Below are positions 42,226-51,243 of a DNA stretch of 64,000 bases, piece after piece. The stretch comes from Nemertoderma westbladi (lineage: Eukaryota; Animalia; Xenacoelomorpha), in the NCBI GenBank assembly GCA_032718475.1, contig JAUCBJ010008109.1, forward strand, positions 62,001 to 126,000, in the 5' to 3' direction. A program made the position numbers and the translations under genes. Positions within the stretch are counted from its first letter, which is position 1; each line of letters opens with the position of its first letter. Under the pieces are notes generated by a model. That model was given only the letters and a program-made list of their open reading frames with translations. It made no database searches and was not told the origin of the DNA.

Positions 42226-43487
42226 CTGCAACATCAGACCAAATGGCAAAGCCCATTTAGATTTAAAACATAATTTTTTTAAAAACTTAAAATATTCAAT
42301 AACCACGACCCCCCCCCCCCCCCCCCCCGTATCTATAATAATAATACCCATAATATATATATACTTACTATACGCGTACTTACTATATATTACTAATAAT
42401 ACTAACATCCGTATCTATAATTCTGAAGATTTGGGCACGCCTTCTATCGTTGTCTGACGATAACGAATAACATAATAATAACAACATTAACTATAACAAT
42501 AACATAACGAATAATATCGTAAACGAATTTATCTTGAACTGAATCTGAATCTGAATCTTGAACAAAGACGCAATACTACTAGGATCGGCATGCTGCATTG
42601 CAGCTGCATTTTTAAGAATGCTGTGCCGGCTTGTCGACAAAATTGCACCGCCACAACTCCCTATCACCCATAACATTTGCTAGATCATCCGCATCTTTAA
42701 GGCCAGTGTCCTTTAAGATGCGTCTCAAAAAGTCATGGGCTGTCCACCATGCTTATTCACTCCATGAGGCTGCCAAAGTAAAAGATTATGCACTGGCTGG
42801 CCCTCACGGCGAAAGCAATGCCTTTTAAAGCGGAGTCGGCTTTGTTCAAGTGTCAAGCTTGGGGGGAACCAATGAGACACCTCCAATGTTATATAGTGTC
42901 TGGTTGGAGATGTGTGCATTGTACTTGACACAATGAACCCGGTGTAGCATTCTTGTGAATGTGCCATCCAGAGATTTGGTGTCCTCAGCAGTTAGATCCC
43001 AGCATGGACTCCCATAGAGGAGTACTGGAACTACCGCTGCTCTAAATAATCGGACCTTAAGTTTTCGATTAATTCTCTGTGACTTCCAAATCCTGGAAGG
43101 CCTATTCAAGGCTGCCCATGCCTTTCCCTTACGTATTCGAAGGTCCTCACCTGACTTCCGGATCCATGATCCCAGGTAACAGAAGTCGTCCACATGCTCA
43201 AGCATACCATCCTTTGTTTGACCTTATGCTCATCCGCTCAGTGACTTGCCGAGGACCTTCAAAGTTAACTGTCAGAATTTTGGTCTTTTTGGAGTTAATA
43301 AAAAGACCAACACTAGAATCTGTCTGTTCTAATGAGCTGAGTAGCAGTTGGGCTCCCTCTAGTGATTTTGAGAGTTTTCCCAGCATTCTTAAAAATGCAG
43401 CTGCAATGCAGCATGCCGATACTAGTAGTAGTAGTAGAGAGTTCTCCTAAGTCATCAGCAAAGTCTAGATCAGTTAAGTACTTGGCA

Positions 43488-43811
43488 TTTATTATAGGAA
43501 GGGATCTAGGGGTCGAACCTCGATTTATTTTACCGAAAATAACTTATCTTTTATTGGCGCAATTGTAGGACTAATCCCATCACATGCGTACTTTTTAACC
43601 GGGTATTGTACAAATTTAGGGATCGCGTAATTTTTCTTGAAATTAAAATCTCATATCTCTCCAAACCACGTAGGCGTTTCGACCTTACTGGGTCTCATCA
43701 GCGTGGTGTCGGATTCTAGCCTAGCCTAGATCCCTTCCTATAATAAATGTATAATAACAAACACCTCGAAAAATACAGCAAACACCTCGAAAAATACAGC
43801 TTGCCAACACA
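43488..43811 (-). mobile_element. Penelope-like or retrozyme-like insertion with a 13-bp target-site duplication
   Basis: TAAGTACTTGGCA repeated at 43475-43487 and 43812-43824; 25-bp perfect inverted repeat at 43486-43510 / 43725-43749; contains a hammerhead core. Confidence 0.65.
43665..43707 (-). ncRNA. Minimal type I hammerhead ribozyme motif (probably degenerate)
   Basis: Reverse strand reads ACCACG-CTGATGA-GACC cagtaa GGTC-GAAA-CGCC-TA-CGTGGT: conserved core, 6-bp stem I, 4-bp stem II. Stem III is one base off the usual GAAACGCGT of Penelope hammerheads. Confidence 0.7.
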
Positions 43812-43859
43812 TAAGTACTTGGCAGGACTTCCTCGACTTCTGGACTTCTATACACTACA

Positions 43860-44380
43860 AAGACGCAACTATGAACTGGGCCTCTAGCGTCAAAGAGACC
43901 CTAAATTGGTTAGGATTGAGTTGGGCTTGGGAGGAACATGAGGTATGGTTCGGAATGGTTTTCGAGGTTCAGCCAGACAGATTATATTTGACCAGTACGT
44001 ACAGACAGGCATGGTGGGCAAATATAAATGTGTCACCAAGGTGAGACTTTACACTAAAGACCTGTTCGGTACAGAATTGTATTTGTGTTACCCCTCCTTA
44101 AAGCTGGCGATGGTGGAGCTACGCCGAAGCGAGCGACAGGAGCCTTCCGAGTGATTGTGTCGAGTCTGTAACTCTGGAGAAATTGAGGATTAACTCCATT
44201 TTTTACTGATTTGTCCCGCATACAGAACACTAAGAATCTAATTTATAAAAATGCATTATCAATTATTTCCAGCCGTTTTTAAGTATCGCAAATTATTATC
44301 ATCCCAGTCCAGATCTGAAGTGAATAATAAATCTATCTCTATCAATCAGTAAGGCTTTCAAACTCAGAAATAAATTGATA
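43860..44380 (+). mobile_element. Decayed C-terminal fragment of an RTE-X-like non-LTR retrotransposon ORF2
   Basis: Translated pieces NWASSVKETLNWLGLSWAWEEHEV, KVRLYTKDLFGTELYL and CRVCNSGEIED*LHF..ICPAYRTLR (C-terminal zinc-knuckle motif), with stops and frameshifts. Confidence 0.6.
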
Positions 44381-44713
44381 TTGCTATAGTCGAATTTACT
44401 TAACCTATATCAATTGATTGTAACTACTAAAATGTATGATGTACAATTTATGTTATTTCTTTGTGAATTAATTGTGCATTTGGGAATTGTATTTCTTCTT
44501 AGAGGTGGAGCTTACAATGTTTATGTAATACCCAGCTGGGAGGTGACCACAATGTAACTCGCTTTTAAATCTTTGTTTTCCGTGTCCTCCTATCTCCACA
44601 ACCTCATAATAATTATAGTTCGCCAATTTTGTATATTACACATGAGATTCATTCAATGACACTAAAAAAATATATATTTATTTTATAGAGTGATAATATC
44701 GTTAGCGAAATGT

Positions 44714-45559
44714 AAGTTACAACATATGTTACTAAGTTACAACATTGTTACTAAATTACAACATATGTTACTAAGTTACAACATATGTTACTAAATTACG
44801 ACATATGTTACTAAGTTACGACATACGTTACTACGTTACGACATACGTTACAACATATGTTACTAAGTTACGACATATGTTACTAAGTTACAACATATGT
44901 TACTAAATTACGACATATGTTACTAAATTACGACATATGTTACTAAGTTACGACATACGTTACTACGTTACGACATACGTTACTACGTTACGACATATGT
45001 TACTAAGTTACGACATATGTTACTAAGTTACAACATATGTTACTAAATTACGACATATGTTACTAAATTACGACATATGTTACTAAGTTACGACATATGT
45101 TACTAAGTTACAACATATGTTACTAAATTACGACATATGTTACTAAGTTACAACATATGTTACTAAGTTACGACATATGTTACTAAGTTACAACATATGT
45201 TACTAAATTACGACATATGTTACTAAATTACGACATATGTTACTAAGTTACGACATACGTTACTACGTTACGACATACGTTACTACGTTACAACATATGT
45301 TACTAAGTTACGACATATGTTACTAAGTTACAACATATGTTACTAAATTACGACATATGTTACTAAATTACGACATATGTTACTAAGTTACGACATATGT
45401 TACTAAGTTACGACATACGTTACTACGTTACGACATATGTTACTAAGTTACGACATATGTTACTAAGTTACAACATATGTTACTAAATTACGACATATGT
45501 TACTAAATTACGACATATGTTACTAAGTTACGACATATGTTACTAAGTTACGACATATG
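44714..45559. repeat. 20-bp minisatellite (~42 copies), AGTTAC(A/G)ACATATGTTACTA, in intron 3 beginning ~20 bp after the exon-3 donor
   Basis: Direct reading; the unit contains the palindrome (A)ACATATGT(T). Confidence 0.97.
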
Positions 45560-45581
45560 ACAGTTAAAACTAAGAACTCAC

Positions 45582-45734
45582 CGGGGCAAGGATTGGGTAA
45601 GAAGCATGGACGCAGTTGTTTCGTGTCTCCCGTACATAGAGGAGATGGAGTCCTGAGACATTGTCGGTAGCGTGTCTCCCATCCAGTACCACAAGAAGAA
45701 GAACAGACACCCCAATCCATCCACTCTCCCCAAT
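45582..45734 (-). CDS. Coding exon 3: TSP1 repeat 1 (DWGEWMDWGVCSSSCGTGWETRYRQC...QLRPCFLPNPCP)
   Basis: gtttAG acceptor, G|GTGAGT donor; 153 bp, phase 1-1; WxxWxxW, CSxSCG and RxRxC motifs. Confidence 0.93.
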
Positions 45735-45906
45735 CTAAACATAAACATATATTGTGAACACTAGCAACTGTGCTTGCACAAGTATGATCTCCTGAGGTTA
45801 ATAGCTTTTGGTCGCTGAAGATCTTTTTTTAAAGATTAAAGCCCAGACAATTAATTATAAATGGACAGTCACAGTTTGTTGGTAAACTGATATTTATCTC
45901 ACTAAC

Positions 45907-46239
45907 CTTCTTTAGACTGTCGAGGGATTTTGTTGGCTATTGAAACCGTTTTCTCATTGTGTTCTGTTGTAATCCATTCGGTTTCCGTTCTATTACTTTC
46001 TTTTCGAAGTTCCTCGACAAATTTGCTCATCTCTTGTATAATTAACCGCGTATTCTTATGTGGAACGTGGTTAGGAACACAGGAACGGCAGCCAATCCCG
46101 TTCTTATGTTCCGCATAGGCCGCACTGCTGAATATCTCGCAACACGTAGTGTAGTTAAGTTGTTTGTAATGGAGTCCAACTTTACGACATGGTTGTTTTT
46201 TATAAGCCTTATATCGGTTAAAACAAGCGCCTCCATCAA
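45907..46239 (-). CDS. Coding exon 2: properdin-type TB domain (CFNRY..C..CC..AY..CRSC) plus ~57-aa linker
   Basis: Acceptor ttttAG at 46240-46241, donor G|GTTAGT at 45906; 333 bp, phase 1-1, lies within ORF 45902..46327. Six-Cys spacing resembles the N-terminal TB domain of properdin. Confidence 0.85.
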
Positions 46240-46356
46240 CTAAAACACAAAATAATATAATCGAACCTAAATATGTGAGTGTCATATAATGTAAACAGGA
46301 GATCATTATAATGATTGACCCTACCATACCCGGTCAATCAGCCGTTGTGCTCGAAA

Positions 46357-47125
46357 CCCTTTACTACTGCCAGTATCAGGAGATTCATGTGGGAGGGTGT
46401 CGCAGGCTGCACCCCTTATACTGCCAGTAGCGGGGATCCATGTTGGAGGGTGTGGCTGGCTGAATGAACCTCTTATCACTTCCAGTAGAAAGGGGTCCTT
46501 GTGGGAGGGTGTGGTAGGCTGCACCCCTTATCACTGCCACTAACGGGGGATCCATGTTGGAGGGTGTGGCAGGCTGCACCCCTTATAACTGCCACTAACG
46601 GGGGATCCATGTTGGAGGATGTGGCAGGCTGCACCCCTTATCACTGCCACTAACGGGGGATCCATGTTGGAGGGTGTGGCAGGCTGCACCCCTTATCACT
46701 GCCAGTAGCAGGGATCCATGTGGGAGGGTGTGGCAGGCTGCACCCCTTATCACTGCCAGTAGCAGGGATCCATGTGGGAGGGTGTGGCAGGCTGCACCCC
46801 TTATCACTGCTAGTAGCAGGGATCCTCGTGGGAGGGTGTGGCAGGCTGCACCCCTTATTACTGCCAGTAGCAGGGATCCTTGAGGGAGGGTATGGCAGGA
46901 TGCACCCCTTATCACTGCCAGTAGCAGGGATCCATGTGGGAGGGTGTGGCAGGCTGCATCCCTTATCACTGCCAGTAGCAGGGATCCATGTGGGAGGGTG
47001 TGGCAGGCTGCACCCCTTATCACTGCCAGTAGCATGGGGATCCATGTGGGAGTGTGACAGGCTGCACCTCTTATCACTGCCAGTAGCATGGGGATCCATG
47101 TGGGAGTGTGACAGGCTGCACCCAT
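46357..47125. repeat. 54-bp GC-rich minisatellite (~14 copies), GGGATCCATGTGGGAGGGTGTGGCAGGCTGCACCCCTTATCACTGCCAGTAGCA, in intron 1
   Basis: Period measured 46711 to 46765; direct reading. Confidence 0.95.
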
Positions 47126-47934
47126 TGTAGAAACTGCGGCTGCCCTTATTTATCAATATAGGAAATATTGGTTTTCTTTTTGGAGTTATTACAGCCCTGG
47201 TGACTAAATGAGAAAACAACAAGTTCTTTATTATCAATTAATTTCTGCCACTAGGGCCATCGTCAGGATATAAATCAAACAAACACAGACGGAAACCACA
47301 CCGACTACATACAGTTGCTTATATTTACAGTACAGGTTTACGATATATTTATCAAGTTAGACTCATAATTTTTTATTGGTGTTTTGGGTGAATGAGTGAT
47401 TTCATATTATTATAACATTGGTTGGGCACAGCTATGCAAACCTTTCATTGTGACGAGTAGTGGTGTTGTTGGAAATGAAGCACCGCCGGTGCCGATCTGC
47501 TGACTTTATGCCGCAAAGTAATTTGTTGCGATGGTCCGGTATTATTCCCAGTGGCCTGGAGTTAAACTCCGCATTGGATTTTAAACTCTTTCCGCATTCA
47601 CATCGAGGTGGGAGAGGTGCTTGATTAGAGGAGCGATGGGCTTAGAAGGCACACCCCTGAGGACTAGCTAATGGATAGCCCAATAAGGATCCCTGGGTGT
47701 GAATGCAACAACCCCGTGGTTCTATTCGAAATTAACATGCAAAGTACGCCGTCACCGCCGCACAGTTTATTGTCCTAATCTGGCGTTTAAATCAGCTTCG
47801 AAATACTATGAACTAATTAATTTGTGGAAATTCAGTCGAAGTCCCACAGTCACTGTCAATTATGATGAATTTTCTGACCCAAAGTATCTTTCTCTTAGAT
47901 TTATATAAAACTAGTATTTTTATTCTAGTATATC

Positions 47935-49470
47935 TACAACTCCACACCATTACCACCACCCCTACCTTTACTACCTCCACCTCTACCCTTTCTACAACCT
48001 CACACCCTTACCACCACCCCTACATGTACTACCCCCTCCCCATATCTACCCCTTCTACAACCTCACACCCTTACCACTACCCCTACTTATACTACCCCGC
48101 ATCTACCTTTTCTACATCCTCACACCCTTACCACCACCCCGCATCTACCCTTTCTACAACCTCACAGCCTTACCACCACCTCCACATCTACCCTTTCTAC
48201 AACCTCACACCCTTGCCACAACCCCTACCTATACCACCTCCACCTCTACCCTTTCTACAACCTCACACCCTTACCACAACCCCTACCTATACCACCTCCA
48301 CCTCTACCCTTTCTACAACCTCACACCCTTACCACCACCCCTACATGTACTACCCCCTCCCCATATCTACCCCTTCTACAACCTCACACCCTTGCCACAA
48401 CCCCTACCTATACCACCTCCACCTCTACCCTTTCTACAACCTCACACCCTTACCACAACCCCTACCTATACCACCTCCACCTCTACCCTTTCTACAACCT
48501 CACACCCTTACTACAACCCTACCTATAACGCCTCCACCTCTACCCTTTCTACAACCCCACACCCTTATCACCACCCCTACCTATACCACCTCCACATCTA
48601 CCCTTTCTACAACCTCACACCCTTGCCACAACCCCTACCTATACCACCCCGCATCTACCCTTTCTACAACCATGACCTACTCTATATAGTAGGTCATGCT
48701 ACAACCTCACACCCTTACCACCGCCCCGAACCTATACCACCTCCACATCTACCCTTTCTACAACCTCACACCCTTGCCACAACCCCTACCTATACCACCT
48801 CCACCTCTACCCTTTCTACAACCTCACACCCTTACCACAACCCATACATATAATACCTCCACCTCTACCCTTTCTACCCTTACCACCACCCCTACCTATA
48901 CCACCTCCAACTCTACCCTTTCTAGAATCTCACACCCTTACCACCACCCCTACCTATACCACCCCGCATCTACCCTTTCTACAACCTCACAGCCTTACCA
49001 CCACCCCTACCTATACCACCCCGCATCTACCCTTTCTACAACCATGACCTACTCTATATAGTAGGTCATGCTACAACCTCACACCCTTACCACCGCCCCG
49101 AACCTATACCGCCGCAACCTCTACCCTTTCTACAACCCCACACCCTTACCACCACCCCTACCTATACCGCCCCCATATCAACCCCTTCTAAAACCTCACA
49201 CACTTTCCACCACCCCTACCTATACCACCCACATCTACCATTTCTACAACCCCACACCCTTACCACCACCCCTACCTATACCGCCCCCATATCAACCCCT
49301 TCTAAAACCTCACACCCTTACCCCCACCCCTACTTATACCACCCCCATATCTACCCCTTCCACAACTCCACACGCTTACCACCACCCCTACCTATACCAC
49401 CTCCACCTCTACCCTTTCTACAATCTCACACCCTTACCACAACCCCTACCTATAACGCCTCCACCTCCAC
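47935..49470. repeat. C-rich compound minisatellite (ACCCTTTCTACAACCTCACACCCTTACCAC...CCTACCTATACCACCTCC; ~55-60 bp degenerate units), intron 1
   Basis: Direct reading; almost no G on the + strand; includes a ~372-bp internal duplication. Confidence 0.93.
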
Positions 49471-49477
49471 ACCTAGG

Positions 49478-49651
49478 TTCCTCCTTGGTGTAGTGTTTGC
49501 ATTGAAATAACATCTCTCTGGAGGTCGTGGGTTCGATCCTCACATGGGCCAGGGCAGTTTTCGTTTCGGTACGAATGCTTTAAAGGGTTGTGCGTAATGT
49601 AATCCCTTGCCTAGCGGTCGAAGAAAATTTACTTTTTTTACTTTTTTACTT
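49478..49651 (+). mobile_element. tRNA-derived SINE
   Basis: A-box-like TGGTGTAGTG (49486), B-box GGTTCGATCC (49530-49539), short body and an (ACTTTTT)n tail at 49628-49651. No cloverleaf or CCA end. Confidence 0.75.
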
Positions 49652-49654
49652 TGC

Positions 49655-49920
49655 CCATTCTACAACTCCCACACCCTCACCACCACCTTACCTTACCCTA
49701 CCCACCCATACCACCTAACCTTACTACAACCCCCACACCCTCACCACCACCCTACCCTTACCCTTGCCCTACCCACCCATACCACCTAACCTTACTACAA
49801 CCCCCACACCCTCACCACCACCCTACCCTTACCCTACCCACCCAACCTTACTACAACCCCCACACCATTACCAGCACCCCCACACCCTTTACCACCACCC
49901 CCACCCTTACCACCACATCC
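49655..49920. repeat. C-rich minisatellite related to the 47935-49470 block, abutting the exon-1 donor
   Basis: Units such as ACTACAACCCCCACACCCTCACCACCACCCTACCCTTACC, by direct reading. Confidence 0.88.
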
Positions 49921-49937
49921 TAACTCATAATTCTTAC

Positions 49938-50004
49938 CTGGTAGGATAAATTCGGTACATATAACAATTCCTATAGACAAAATAATTAACTTTTTAAAAT
50001 TCAT
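49938..50004 (-). CDS. Coding exon 1: signal peptide MNFKKLIILSIGIVICTEFILP
   Basis: ATG at 50004, basic N-region followed by a hydrophobic core, donor CAG|GTAAGA at 49937. Phase 1 joins to (V)DGGACF of the next exon. Confidence 0.8.
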
Positions 50005-51183
50005 AATTAAAACATTTTTATCATCTCGTAAATTAATTTGAAGCCACGAATGTAAAAGAGTTCTGAAGCGAATTTACTGACGGCATACGAATTTGAGACA
50101 GAGAGACAGTTAGGCTATTATTACAATTATATTTGGTTTGTAAGAAAATAAAAAGACATTGATTTCCCTTTGGATTAGCGCGGAACGTAATTAATAATAT
50201 GGGGGTTGAGTTCGGCAAAGATGAAAGATAAACGATACGGATTGAACCAAAAGGCCTAGCTATATTACCTGTAGCTGTAAAAGGTTAACTAAACGAGATT
50301 CTCGCATCCTCAGGTTGTGATTGGCTACACTAAATGATATATCGAAGTATGAACTGGTCGCTAATTGGGTGATAATGACTTCCAATGTGTTCTGAGATGC
50401 TTTCCTGTGCAGCATCTTTAGGTATTCCAATATTCCTACTGGAGTGCTAAGTTAATAATATATTAATGTAGCGGTTCTAGCTTTAAAGAGGTACAATTTT
50501 ACGGCTTGTGATGTAGATAAAAGAAGTACGTAGCGGAATACGAACAAACTGCTACATGCCAAACCGGCGCCCGTGATAATTGAATGAAACACACAAATCG
50601 GGTGGATCCAGAAAGGCAACCTCAACTATAAGTAAGTGCAGTTAACCAGATCTTGTAGTCTCAACATGACGTATTGACTTCCGCCCCTGGCCATTTATTC
50701 TATTGAATAAATACACCATGTTGTAGAACATTTTGTTTATGTTTAAATATCCACCAACTAGTAAGTGTACATTGCTAACAGGCTGGTATGAATACCTATT
50801 GGTAATATTTAGGTCCGGGTGAACGGGAAAGAGGATTCATTGTGTATCTATTTCTTTAACGTACTATATAAGTGGCAAAAAAAGTAAGAAGAAAGCAAGA
50901 CAAAAAATGTTCCTTTTTGCCACCACATATGTCGTTTTATTTGTTGCAAGTCTTCACACTTTTATCTGAGCCTATTTCAGCATAAATGTCTTCCATCGAA
51001 GCTTCTTCAATAGTGAAATACCCTTATATAAAGCAAAATAACATGCAGTATATAGCCCTATTATGATATTATCATATTCTAGAATATATTAATTAATTAA
51101 CAAACATTTGGTGTTCGAAAATTAGAATTAAAACTTGAACTAAAACATATAAATAGTAAAATATATAATGTTATGCTGTAAAA

Positions 51184-51243
51184 TAAATACTATTACTATT
51201 ATTACTAATTAATACTTATTATTATAATTAAATACTGTACTTG
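51184..51243. repeat. 60-bp AT-rich direct repeat, left copy
   Basis: Identical to 63234-63293 (TAAATACTATTACTATT...AATACTGTACTTG). Confidence 0.95.

Larger units (their letters stand above)
42574..43850 (-). mobile_element. Decayed, 5'-truncated RTE-clade non-LTR retrotransposon (RT C-terminal half plus 3' end), interrupted by two insertions
   Basis: Translated pieces SRGSPAKYLTDLDFADDL, SLEGAQLLL...VGLFINSKKTK and LEHVDDFCYLGS...RIRKGKAWAAL...KLKVRLFRAAVVPVLLYG...LDGTFTRMLHR are typical RTE RT motifs; frameshifted. Confidence 0.88.
39867..50004 (-). other. Properdin (complement factor P)-like gene, 3'-incomplete in this window: signal peptide - TB domain - linker - at least 4 TSP1 repeats; join(49938..50004,45907..46239,45582..45734,42049..42225,41629..41808,39867..40040), 1084 nt
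   Basis: Six exons with GT-AG boundaries, all phase 1, splice into one open frame of ~361 codons. Domain order matches vertebrate properdin as recalled; no database search was run. Confidence 0.8.

Noticed and set aside
46321-47237. Overlapping ORFs in the 54-bp minisatellite
   Set aside because: The period is a multiple of 3; there are no splice signals or recognisable domain, and it lies inside intron 1.
47440-47790. CpG-richer segment in intron 1, possibly a SINE or transposon piece
   Set aside because: No termini, Pol III boxes or coding motif could be identified by eye.
49478-49550. tRNA gene
   Set aside because: It has A and B boxes but no cloverleaf or acceptor stem, and continues into a body with a simple-repeat tail, so it is better read as a SINE.
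47862-49949. Pro/Thr/His-rich extensin- or mucin-like ORFs
   Set aside because: Artefact of a G-free C-rich repeat that is open in all three + frames and antisense within intron 1.
50300-50640. Bidirectional promoter or first exon of a divergent gene (ATTGG at ~50320, + strand GTAAGT at 50632)
   Set aside because: Short motifs are expected by chance, and no ORF or downstream exon supports it without transcript data.
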